Positions 1 through 13,347 of a stretch of 64,000 nucleotides of DNA are shown piece after piece (position 1 is the stretch's first letter; every line of letters begins with the position of its first letter). The notes under the pieces were generated by a model. It was given only the letters and a program-made list of their open reading frames with translations, searched no databases and was not told the origin of the DNA. Source of the stretch: Macrostomum lignano (taxonomy: Eukaryota); the NCBI GenBank assembly GCA_002269645.1, contig NIVC01000748.1:124001-188000 (forward strand), given 5' to 3'. The position numbers and the translations under genes were made by a program.

Positions 1-1
1 C

Positions 2-63
<62 letters not shown>

Positions 64-64
64 C

Positions 65-106
<42 letters not shown>

Positions 107-125
107 GACAGACAACAGACAGACA

Positions 126-166
<41 letters not shown>

Positions 167-168
167 CA
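1..168. repeat. (GACA)n microsatellite
   Basis: Direct reading of cagacagaca..., with a few single-base irregularities. Confidence 0.97.
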
Positions 169-365
169 GACGCACCGAAAGAAGCAGACGAAGCGCGCAA
201 CTGTCTGAAAACTTCAAAATTGTTACAATCGTCAGAATAATTGAGGAACAGAGAATTTCCCTTACATGCGTCGCTGCAAAGTTACCCCCCCCCACTCGCC
301 CCTCGCAAAAAAAGGACAGCGCACAGACGTGACTGACCACTGGAACGCCTGGATCAAGCAAAACG

Positions 366-1139
366 NNNNNNNNNNNNNNNNNNNNNNNNNNNNNNNNNNN
401 NNNNNNNNNNNNNNNNNNNNNNNNNNNNNNNNNNNNNNNNNNNNNNNNNNNNNNNNNNNNNNNNNNNNNNNNNNNNNNNNNNNNNNNNNNNNNNNNNNNN
501 NNNNNNNNNNNNNNNNNNNNNNNNNNNNNNNNNNNNNNNNNNNNNNNNNNNNNNNNNNNNNNNNNNNNNNNNNNNNNNNNNNNNNNNNNNNNNNNNNNNN
601 NNNNNNNNNNNNNNNNNNNNNNNNNNNNNNNNNNNNNNNNNNNNNNNNNNNNNNNNNNNNNNNNNNNNNNNNNNNNNNNNNNNNNNNNNNNNNNNNNNNN
701 NNNNNNNNNNNNNNNNNNNNNNNNNNNNNNNNNNNNNNNNNNNNNNNNNNNNNNNNNNNNNNNNNNNNNNNNNNNNNNNNNNNNNNNNNNNNNNNNNNNN
801 NNNNNNNNNNNNNNNNNNNNNNNNNNNNNNNNNNNNNNNNNNNNNNNNNNNNNNNNNNNNNNNNNNNNNNNNNNNNNNNNNNNNNNNNNNNNNNNNNNNN
901 NNNNNNNNNNNNNNNNNNNNNNNNNNNNNNNNNNNNNNNNNNNNNNNNNNNNNNNNNNNNNNNNNNNNNNNNNNNNNNNNNNNNNNNNNNNNNNNNNNNN
1001 NNNNNNNNNNNNNNNNNNNNNNNNNNNNNNNNNNNNNNNNNNNNNNNNNNNNNNNNNNNNNNNNNNNNNNNNNNNNNNNNNNNNNNNNNNNNNNNNNNNN
1101 NNNNNNNNNNNNNNNNNNNNNNNNNNNNNNNNNNNNNNN
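366..1139. other. Assembly gap (774 N)
   Basis: Run of N. The two ORF-track entries spanning it are artefacts. Confidence 1.
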
Positions 1140-2326
1140 ATCCGCCAGACCAAGCAAAACATGTGCGTTTGTGTGTTACACTCCAATGCTTCTACTCCAG
1201 CTTGCACTGGCCAACCTATACTCGTGATGCATTCATTATTCAACTAAGTTGAAGTTAATCTCATTTTCTAACGACTGTTGGGGGGATAAATTTTATGCTT
1301 TATTTAAATAAGCTGAAATTCTTGTTCATTAATTGTTAATTTTAAACTAGCAAAGAACTAGAACGCCAGATCGTGTACGGTACTAGGCCATACGTGAGTG
1401 TATTATAAAATCTTTTAATAGTCAATATTTACTTGTTTGACTTGCGTTTATACTATCCCAATTTCGTACTGTCACTCAATCTGCTATCCCTCTGATCTGT
1501 CCTTTTATCCACTCAGACTATCGTTAGCTAGCTTTCTACTCTGTGTCATCAGACTCTTGACAGTTACAAAACCCTTTTTGATCATGTCTTCAGGAATTCT
1601 CTAGCTACTGCATCACAAACAGGCCCGGCCCACTCAGTCACTTGTTCATCTGTTTGCACCAGCTACCGAAAAGGCTCACCGGACCAAACTATCAAGCTGA
1701 ATCTGCCTGTGCATTGACTGGCTGTGCCTATCCCGATGCATCTTTGATAGAAAAGGTCTATAAGCCAATCTCTCGGACATACAACACAGTCCCCAATTAG
1801 AAAGGGTGCTTGCGAAGTGCTTTAGCTATCCCCAGGTGTGTGGAGCAGGACTGCCTCTTCATAATAACGACTGGACAGTTTCCGTTAGAATAACCCTCAT
1901 CCAGGAACCTCAACAATGAGTTTGGCTCTGGGGCCTCCCAAACTGCACTCGCGATCTAGGCCATTATATTTTTCTGCGGCTGCTGGACACTCAGCGTCTC
2001 CCTGCAGACACTCCACACCTTTCCCGCTCGGAGAGCAGATGGACACGCAAGCTCTGCTCAAAATGGCAAACTATATGGGAGGGGGCGCCGTGAGTTGACT
2101 TGGGTATTTTTCCTCTCTGCTGCTTAGTTAAAAATAAATTTTGTGGCTTATATTTACGCTGGGGCGATTCGTAAAGCAAATATAGAATAGCACCGCATTT
2201 AAGTTTATAGAATGATGGACAGCTTTTGTAGTACCTTGCATGTACAAGCTAGTTTTGGATTTCATGTGCGAACGTATTTGAGTTGATTGCTTCCGGGGAG
2301 AGCTCAAAGCACAGGGAATCAAGTAA

Positions 2327-2729
<403 letters not shown>

Positions 2730-3672
2730 AGACGCACCGAAAGAAGCAGACGAAGCGCAACTGTCTGAAAACTTCAAAATTGTTACAATCGTCAGAATAA
2801 TTGAGGAACAGAGAATTTCCCTTACATCGTCGCTGCAAAGTTACCCCCCCCCACTCGCCCCTCGCAAAAAAAGGACAGCGCACAGACGTGACTGACCACT
2901 GGAACGCCTGGGATCAAGCAAAACCGGTGTGGCCGCTCAGGGCTGCTCCATCAGATGATGACAGTTTTGGTAGATTGTCAGCATGGGGGAGCGGCACGCT
3001 GCACCCTCGGCTTCATTGCTTCACCTTACCAACGGAAGCAGATGTTTCAACACCCCCTATATAGTAGAGGGCACACTGCACTGTGTTTCTGATGGAGCGG
3101 AACTGGCAACCTATTGTAGTTCAGCTGTAAAACTACTAGCTGAGGAAAACGCAGTGAAATACAACAGAATGCGACAGAAGCCTGCGGAGTCGCGGGTTTG
3201 AGGTTGGCTGTGGGTCTGAAGGCAAATAATTCGAACACACTGAAGCTATAGTTGCTTTTGCCAACTGTTTAGCTAGCGGGAACTGCCATTCTCTCTCTGA
3301 CGTCTGTCTCTCCCCTCTTGCCCTCCGTCTTTTAGAAAACATTTTCCTTTGGGATGGAGGCATTGATTTACGTTTACTGTGGCCGCGGGTTCCCTCTGGC
3401 CTGTAGCTCAGCTGTTTTATTACTCGGGGTGCATTGAAAACAAGCATATTTTTTCACTGACCGTTTGTTGGTGCAGTGCCCTGTCCATTCCAACACAGTA
3501 GATTTCTTACAGCTGATTAACAGCAACTTTTTTTTGGGTTTAAGGTACGAACAGAAATCTGATTTACCTTGTCAGGCTGTGTTCGCTTTTTGGGAGTTTT
3601 TTTTTTACTTTAAGATTAATTTGTATAAGGCACAGATACGTTTTTGATGGATTAGGATGCACTGAAGAGATA

Positions 3673-4178
3673 GATAGTGTCCTATAGTGTCCTGTTCTAG
3701 TGTTCGTAGTGTCCTAGTGTCCTGTTCTAATGCTTGTAGTGTCCTAGTGTCCTGTTCTAATGTTCATAGTGTCCTAGTGTTCCAGTGTCCTAATGTTCCA
3801 ATGTTCTAATTTTCTAAGTGCCCTGTCCTACTGTCCTAATGTCCTAAAGTTCCTAGTGTCCTAATGTTATAGTGTCCTAATGTCCCAATGTTCTGATGTT
3901 CTAATGTTCTAATGTCATAATGTCCTAGTCCTAGTGTCTTAGTTTCCTAATGTCCTAATGTTCTAGTGTCCTAACGTTCTAGTGTCCCAGTGTCCTAATA
4001 TTCCTAGTGTCCTTATGTTCTAGTGTCCTAGTTTCCTAGTGTCCTAGTGTCTTAATGTCCCAATGTCCTAATGTCCTAATGTTTCTAGTGCCCTAGTTTC
4101 CTAATGTCCTAATGTCCTAGTGTCCTAATTTCCTAATGTTTCTAGTGTCCTAGTGTCCTAGTGTCCTAATGTCCTAGG
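3673..4178. repeat. Degenerate ~8-bp tandem repeat (TGTCCTAG/TGTCCTAA/TGTTCTAA)
   Basis: Repeated gtgtccta, tgtcctaa and tgttctaa units. Confidence 0.9.
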
Positions 4179-4524
4179 ACATTCAAAGTTAAAAGCCTAT
4201 GGAACAAAGACAGATTAGGCCATAGACAACACGAAAATATCTGACTGAGACAACCAAACCTGGAATTCGACATTCCAGGTTTGGCAAGTGTAATGACAAG
4301 TGTAACCTCAACAACAGCTTCTGTTGCTATTCTAAGCTCTGCTGCTGCAGACCGCGTACAGTGGCTTGATTGAAGTATACTGGCTCTCTGTCGGGCATGT
4401 AGCCATAAAATGGGTAGATGTAAAATTTTATATTACTGATCTATGCAACTGGGTGTGGCCTTTGAGAAATATGAACTAGAACTCGTGTTTGTCTTACAGT
4501 GCCTGTATATCAGTCCATGTAAGT

Positions 4525-5108
4525 CTCAGTGCCTGTCTGTCACTGCCTGTCTGTCACAGTGCCTGTCTGTCACATTTCCTGTCTGTCACAGTGCCTGTCT
4601 GTCACAGTGCCTGTCTGTCACATTTCCTGTCTGTCACTGCCTGTCTGTCACAGTGCCTGTCTGTCACAGTGCCTGTCTGTCACAGTTCCTGTCTATCACA
4701 GTTCCTGTCTATCACAGTGCCTGTCTGTCACAGTGCCTATCTGTCACAGTGCTTATCTGTCACATTGTCTGTCTGTCACAGTGCCTGTCTGTCACATTTC
4801 CTGTCTGTCACAGTGCCTGTCTGTCACAGTGCCTGTCTGTCACATTTCCTGTCTGTCACTGCCTGTCTGTCACAGTGCCTGTCTGTCACAGTGCCTGTCT
4901 GTCACAGTTCCTGTCTATCACAGTTCCTGTCTATCACAGTGCCTGTCTGTCACAGTGCCTATCTGTCACAGTGCTTATCTGTCACATTGTCTGTCTGTTA
5001 CAGTGCCTGTCTGTCACATTGTCTGTCTGTCACAGTGCCTATCTGTCACAGTGCCTGTCTGTCACAGTGCCTGTCTGTCACAGTTCCTGTCTATCACAGT
5101 TCCTGTCA
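4525..5108. repeat. 16-bp minisatellite (CACAGTGCCTGTCTGT) with 222-bp higher-order period
   Basis: The variant block catttcctgtctgtcactgcc recurs at 4621 and 4843. Confidence 0.93.
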
Positions 5109-5949
5109 CAGATCCGAAGCAATATTGGCCACTTTCCCAACAAGCTAGGGTGATCCAGTTTGCACACAAATTGGCGTGAGACCCAAGAGAGGTGACGGCA
5201 AACAAAGTGCCGCTAGTTGGCGCAGCAAGGCTGTCGATTCCCACATTTCTGTTCCCACATTTCCAGACGGAGGGACGGGGAGGAGGCCAGGGATTCCTTC
5301 GCCACCATCCCACCCCCCTTCGCTTTCCCATGCACTCTCGCTGCAGTCATGTCCGGTCCGGCAGTTGTGCCATCACAGCCGGCCCTGTCTCCCACTTCTG
5401 CGTTTCGGTCGCTGAACCGCTTCGCTGGAACTGATGGCACGCGCCCAGAGGCTTTGAGAACAAACAAACACCCCAGAGAGGCTGGCCCCCCCATCATCAT
5501 CTCCAGCGCTAAAAGCGTGGTATTTACAACAGTTTCGCATCCTTCTTGAGTCGATCAACACCCCCACTCTAACTGGGACACATTGCTCTGTGCACCCATG
5601 CAGCAGCCTCATAAGTGTTCGATGAAATCAATATCCAGCATTGAGAACGTTTAGTATTAAGAGCATAGTACGGTATTGGCTACGAGAAGTGATAGTTGAG
5701 ACAGACTGAGCCGATGTGGGGTTAAGTAGGCATCAGTGATGAGCTCAATCGAATGCGAGCGTGAATGGGTCTGCCCAATACAGGCCCCTTGTGTAGGCTG
5801 TCGTGTCTTTCAGTGTTTGCTCAGCTCTTAGGGATTCGATCCCCATCAGTCCGGATTCGCAACTCGGTGTCTTTTAGCCTGTCATGGCGCAGAAAAGACG
5901 CACACAACAGCAGAGAGAATTTTACTAAATCTTACCGTCGTTTATGATT

Positions 5950-6198
5950 TAACTGAAAGGTCGGGGGTTCGATTCTCGATCCCACTCGGACCAATTTGCT
6001 TCAGTTGACCCAGCTGTAGAATGGGTTCCAGGATTAACTGGGGTAATTGAGGGTGTGTGTGGCGACCCCCGCAGTCCTTGGACTGAACAGCCGTACGCAG
6101 CCTTCAGATGCGCCACGCAATAGCTGCGGCTGAGCTGTCGGTTGCACATCTGGCCGAATGGGTGCAGGCGTAATCAATTATTATCATTATTTTATTTT
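5950..6198 (+). mobile_element. tRNA-derived SINE family A, copy 1 (internal deletion)
   Basis: B-box-like GGTTCGATTCT near 5968. The body cttcagttgacccagctgtagaatggg...gtccttggactgaacagccgtacgcagccttcagatgcg...gctgtcggttgcacatct is shared with two - strand copies (59.0 and 61.1 kb). Ends in an ATT-rich tail. Confidence 0.85.
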
Positions 6199-6315
6199 TA
6201 ATATGGATCATTGAGATTATCCATTTAGACTAATCATCTCATTGGGTTCCATTTTTGTAAACTGAGGAGATTATCAAAGCTGCAAAAATACTTAAAATAT
6301 GATTACTTCGCACAG

Positions 6316-6515
6316 GCCAGAAGCACTCAGCTGCTACCGCTGCTGCCAATTCTGCTGGGGCATCGGGATCCTCAACACTGCCAACTGGTGCTCTGGTTCG
6401 CCAGCCTCTGACGCTGAACATAGACGACGACAACGGGAATAATAGCGGTTCAGCGTCTGTTGACTTCAAAACAGGCGACAATGTCTACTGCAGCAATCCG
6501 TACTTTTGCACCTGA
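6316..6515 (+). CDS. Possible terminal coding exon of an unidentified upstream gene (...QKHSAATAAANSAGASGSSTLP...VYCSNPYFCT*)
   Basis: Acceptor-like cttcgcacag at 6315, then 66 open codons with GC-richer, coding-like composition in AT-rich surroundings, ending at TGA 6513-6515. No upstream partner exon was identified. Confidence 0.3.
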
Positions 6516-7304
6516 TTTGGCTCGGCTTTGGTAAGTGTTAAGCCAATGGATTTTTTCATGGCTCTTTCCAACATGAATCAGCATGCTTGATCGTCTAAAA
6601 GTACACGAGAAACAGGCCCATAAACACAGACATGAGGGTGCTATTCGCGGGTGATAATGGGGCAAAGAAAGGGCATTATTGCACTTTTGAAATCAAAGTA
6701 CGATTTCGTTTAAAGCGCTTTGATTCTGGTATCTTTTTGACCATATACTCGAAGTAAATAAGACTTTATTCAAACAAAACGATACTTCATATTCTCCCCC
6801 TACAAACAAGCACGAGTGATGTTAAGAAAAACATATGGCTTTTTTGAGTCTCCAATTATAGTCTATGGCTTATACTGCCGTAGTCTATGGCCATGATTTT
6901 CTTCAAGGGCGGTATATTGTACCATAGACATTTGTGCCCCTGAAATAGCACTACCCCAGTGCAACATTCAGTGTGGGGGTTGCGGCCATAGACTGTTCAA
7001 TTCCCGGGTACATAAGTTACTGAGAAAGGTCTGCCGGTTTTTGAACTTCTGTAGACTCTACAAAAAACCTTACAAACGTATTATAAGCTATATTGATTTT
7101 TCGAATGACTGTCATTAAGGGGGTTATGCTTACACTTTGTTCATTCCCCCATCTCCCAGACCCCAATCAGCTAGCAATTGTGCTGCGGGGTAATATGTCA
7201 TGCCTTCAGGCCCATGACGAGAATACGTCTGTTTAAAAGATAAAATCAATTTTTTTGCTCTTTTTGTAAGGGCACAGAAAAGCCTAATCCTAAATTATTT
7301 TTTT

Positions 7305-7750
7305 TCATTTGATGGGTGTGCCATTTCATTTGATGGGTGTGCCATTTCATCTGATGGATGTGCCATTTCATGTGATTGGTGTGCCATTTCATTTGATGGG
7401 TGTGCCATTTCATTCGATGGGTGTGCCATTTCATTTGATGGGTGTGCCATTTCATTCGATGGGTGTGCCATTTCATCTGATGGGTGTGCCATTTCATCTG
7501 ATGGGTGTGCCATTTCATTTGATGGGTGTGCCATTTCATTCGATGGGTGTGCCATTTCATCTGATGGGTGTGCCATTTCATCTGATGGGTGTGCCATTTC
7601 ATTTGATGGGGGTGCCATTTCATTTGATGGGTGTGCCATTTCATGTGATTGGTGTGCCATTTCATGTGATTGGTGTGCCATTTCATGTGATTGGTGTGCC
7701 ATTTCATGTGATTGGTGTACCTTTTCATCTAATGGGGGTTGCCATTTCAT
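7305..7750. repeat. 21-bp minisatellite (TTCATTTGATGGGTGTGCCAT)
   Basis: About 20 near-identical units. The period of 21 explains the MKWHTHQ, EMAHPSN and MGVPFHL pseudo-ORFs. Confidence 0.97.
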
Positions 7751-8221
7751 TTGGTCACTTTCAACCTCTCCCTCCCTACCATAGCCTCGCAGGGGATTCA
7801 AGCCAGGTAGCATGAGCGACATCCAGACGCACCGAGGATGATGAGGGAGGCGCTGACTGCCGGGAATCTTTTAAGCATTTTGATTTTCTAGTCGAGATAA
7901 TACTGTGCGTACTAAAGCTGGGGAATCTGAGCCTCTTTGCTGGCCAGTCCATATAAAGAAAGGTATCGCTTTAACGCTCGGATTTCCTTGGGAGAGGGAG
8001 AGCTTTGATGGATGAAGGAATATGAGCATGAGCTCAGCGCGGCTCGGCCAGGGAGCAGGATGCTGTGGCTACCCGCGGATCAGTTTGAGTCGGATTATCG
8101 AGTCCGCGGATTGAGACTTTTGAGTCGCAACCTTGCCCGCGTGCATACATACATTTTTCCTCTCTTTTTTTCTCGTGAAATCTGTGCAAAATGCAAAACT
8201 GAAATGCGACGGAATTCAATG

Positions 8222-9350
8222 CTCTCTCCCTCAGACCCTCTCTCCCTCAGACCCTCTCTCCCTCAGACCCCTCTCTCCCTCAGACCCCTCTCTCCCTCAG
8301 ACCCTCTCTCCCTCAGACCCTCTCTCCCTCAGACCCTCTCTCCCTCAGACCCTCTCTCCCTCAAATCCTCTCTCCCTCAGACCCCTCTCTCCCTCAGACC
8401 CTCTCTCCCTCAGACCCTCTCTCCCTCAGACCCCTCTCTCCCTCAGACCCCTCTCTCCCTCAGACCCTCTCTCCCTCAGACCCTCTCTCCCTCAGACCCT
8501 CTCTCCCTCAGACCCTCTCTCCCTCAGACCCTCTCTCCTCCAGACCCTCTCTCCTCCAGACCCTCTCTCCCTCAGACCCTCTCTCCTCCAGACCCTCTCT
8601 CCCTCAGACCCTCTCTCCTGAGACTCTCTCTCCCTCAGACCCTCTCTCCCTCAGACTCTCTCTCCTCCAGACCCTCTTTCCCTCAGACCCTCTCTCCCTC
8701 AGACCCTCTCTCCTCCAGACCCTCTCTCCCTCAGACCCTCTCTACTCCAGACCCTCTCTCCCTCAGACCCTCTCTCCTCCAGACCCTCTCTCCCTCAGAC
8801 CCTCTCTCCCTCAGACCCTCTCTCCTCCAGACCCTCTCTCCTCCAGACCCTCTCTCCTCCAGACCCTCTCTCCTGAGACCCTCTCTCCCTCAGACCCTCT
8901 CTCCTCAGACCCTCTCTCCTGAGACCCTCTCTCCTCAGACCCTCTCTCCCTCAGACTCTCTCTCCCTCAGACCCTCTCTCCCTCAGACCCTCTCTCCCTC
9001 AGACCCTCTCTCCCTCAGACCTCTCTCCCTCAGACCCTCTCTCCCTCAGACCCTCTCTCCCTCAGACCCTCTCTCCCTCAGACCCTCTCTCCCTCAGACC
9101 CTCTCTCCCTCAGACCCTCTCTCCCTCAGACCCTCTCTCCTGAGACTCTCTCTCCCTCAGACCCTCTCTCCCTCAGACCCTCTCTCCCTCAGACCCTCTT
9201 TCCCTCAGACCCTCTTTCCCTCAGACCCTCTCTCTCTCAGACCCTCTCTCCTGAGACTCTCTCTCCCTCAGACCCTCTCTCCCTCAGACCCTCTCTCCCT
9301 CATCCGCTCTCTCCCTCAACCCCCTCTCTTCCTGAAACCCCTCTATCTCA
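8222..9350. repeat. 16-17-bp pyrimidine-rich minisatellite (CCTCAGACCCTCTCTC)
   Basis: Direct reading of dozens of units. Confidence 0.97.
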
Positions 9351-9874
9351 ACTCCCCTCAACTCAACCAGGGAGAATCTCAACGGGACAGATTTCCTAAA
9401 GCCCATGGTTACACGGTTCGTTGAACATTATTTTAATAACTGTGAGTAACTAGGCTATCAGTTAGTGTTAGCCATTTTTATAGGCCCGGCTATCTCGATA
9501 ACTCCGAGCTGGCTGATAAAATATTAGACTTGCACTGGCTTGGGAGTGACTGGGTGGTACAGAGGAGAGACTGGGAGAGAGTTATTGGAGCGAGAATTTG
9601 CGGGGTCACAGCCTCCAGACAGGAAATGATGGGTTAGTGGTACCGGGTCGTTAATCTATAAAAAACTGTTTTAGAACAGAAATTCCGCCGCCCACTGAGT
9701 GTAATCTCCGCTCCGCAGACAGCCGCCTACGAAGTGATGCGTATTTGATTAGACTGAGGATATCCTTGTGTGCGGTGATGCCGCAGAGTTACCTAAATAG
9801 CTCGCTAAAGATTTACGAGCTGGTCCATGAAATCATAACTTGTTTAATGCTTTGTCTATAAAGTTATTTAGTTC

Positions 9875-11114
<1,240 letters not shown>

Positions 11115-11769
11115 CGCAAACAGTTCAGCAGCAGCAGCCATCTGAGGCGCTGGTCAATTAGTTAAGGCATCAATTAAAAGCCCCTCAGGCCATGTTTAAG
11201 GGTGCTTCAAACAAGACGTGCGACCCTAGCGCACATTTCTGTTATTTATGCCTGCTTTCAGTAGTCACGGAGTCACCCCAGATAGCCTACAGAGCTTTTC
11301 CGATTCAGAAGACCTCTCCCTCTCTCTAGCAGCACTCCTTTGCACCGCCTGCCTCATTTGCAGTTGGTGTCTGCGCAGGATTCTGGCAAACTGCACTGCA
11401 CGGCTCCCTGACCCTGACCATCCGCAAAAGAGATCGAACTGATTGACATCAGCCAGCTGACGCAAGTCTCTTTTATCCTGACCCGTTAATTTTTTTCTTC
11501 ACATTTTCAGCAAATTTGTTTTAAAATAAACTTAACTTGTGTTATGCATATTCATATTGAATATTATATTTTAGATTATAAAGCTTTTTACATTAACATT
11601 CATAATGCATATTGTGTTTCCAGTGTAAATTTCTATTGTTTACATTTGTTTCATAGCTCGTGATTAGTTAGTTAGTTTTATACATTAAACACTTTCTCGA
11701 GTGCGTATTTTCGAGATATTCGAAAGTTTGTATCGCCCAATGCGCATATACTGATGCTGAAATAGAGAC

Positions 11770-12600
11770 ATATTTGACACTGGTGAGGGACCTTAGTGAC
11801 ACCTGATTGAGGAATCTCGGACACAGCTGATTTAGAAATCCTAGACATCTGGAAGGGATTCTCGGACACCTGCTTGAGGGGGTCCTTGACACGTGATTGG
11901 AAAATCACCTGATTAGGGAATCTCGGACACTGGATAGGGTTCTTGGACACCTGCTGGAAGGAATCTCGGACACCTGATTGTGGAATCTCAAAAACCCGAT
12001 TTGGGAATCTCGGCCATCCGGTTGGGGAATTTCGGACACTTGAATTAGGAATATCGAGTATCTGATTGGGGAATCTCGGACACTTGATTTAGGAATCTCG
12101 GACATCTGATTGGGGAATCTTGGATATCTGATTTGGAAATCTCGGACACGATTTAGGTATCTCGGACATCTGATTGGGGAATCTTGGATATCTGATTTGG
12201 AAATCTCGGACACGATTTAGGTATCTCGGACATCTGATTGGGGAATCTTGGATATCTGATTTGGAAATCTCGGACACAATTTAGGAATCTCGGACACAAT
12301 TTAGGAATCTCGGACATCTGATTGGGGAATCTTGGATATCTGATTTGGAAATCTCGGACACGATTTAGGTATCTCGGACATCTGATTGGGGAATCTTGGA
12401 CATCTGATTGGGGAATCTTGGACACCAAATAGAAATTCTTGGACACCTAGAGTGAATCTCGGACGCCTGCCGACGGAATCTCAAAAACCTGACAGGTTTA
12501 GTAATCTTAGACGCCCTTGGGATTCTCGGACACCTGCATTGGGAATCTTGGACGCATGATTTATAGGAATCTAAGACACCTGGAAGGGATTCTGGGCAAC
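11770..12600. repeat. Degenerate ~20-bp minisatellite (GGAATCTCGGACACCTGATT) with 62-bp higher-order unit
   Basis: The trimer block tctgattggggaatcttggatatctgatttggaaatctcggacacgatttaggtatctcggaca recurs at 62-bp spacing around 12.1-12.4 kb. Confidence 0.9.
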
Positions 12601-13244
12601 AGTAAGTCACGTGACTGAACATTCAAATCAACAATATTCACCTTAATTTTCATCGAACAACGTTACTACTTTCTTATATAGTGAAGAGATGCTTCTGTAT
12701 TATTTTCTCAGACCGTGTGGTTCACTCGGAACATTTTGCGGTCATTCATCGCTTGTACATGGTGGCGCAGTGCATTTATTAAATATAACTAGTCGCTTTT
12801 TTCATTGCAAAAAATCCCTTAAGAAATAATCTAGTACTAAAACCCTCTAATTTTGTTACAAAGTGATTACAGACTTTTCCCATTTTAGTTAAAATAAATC
12901 AGAGATACACTATAAATATTCCGCTCTTTGTACGAACGTAGTTCGTGAAAAAAGCTCTTAATTTATTGTTTTAAAAATAATTCCACCAATATATGTTTTA
13001 CTTATATACATGTATGTTTTGAACTTCAAATACAATGCTCGTCTTGCTACTTGTAGTAGCGAAACTTGTTCATTCACATATTCTTGCTACATTGAATGCT
13101 TCATTTATCAATCTAAAAATGCAATGCAGCGAAAAGTACACAACTAACCATTATTTCGCACCTTAGTACTGCGAGTACTTCTGTGTATGGATGCTTGATG
13201 CGTGCTATATCTCTCTAGCCACAATAAATCTCCTGGTACTTTGA

Positions 13245-13347
13245 GTAGTCACATTAATTTGGGGCTACTGCATAAAATTTTGGACGAGAAGTTGTTGTGC
13301 GATTCACACCCTTGAAGGCCAACCCCCAAAGCACAGTGTACATGACA
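13245..13347 (+). mobile_element. SINE family B body fragment
   Basis: agtcacattaatttggggct and ccttgaaggccaacccccaaagcacagtgtacatg match the reverse complement of the element at 63390-63580. Confidence 0.6.

Noticed and set aside
266-1252. 328-aa and 267-aa ORFs
   Set aside because: Almost entirely N gap; artefacts of translation.
1990-2098. Possible exon bounded by ccctgcag and GTGAGT
   Set aside because: No recognisable protein in any frame and no phase-matched partner exon found.
5176-5612. GC-rich patch with overlapping short ORFs; SEAVQR recalled a non-LTR endonuclease tail
   Set aside because: The motif match is too weak and there are no RT or endonuclease catalytic residues.
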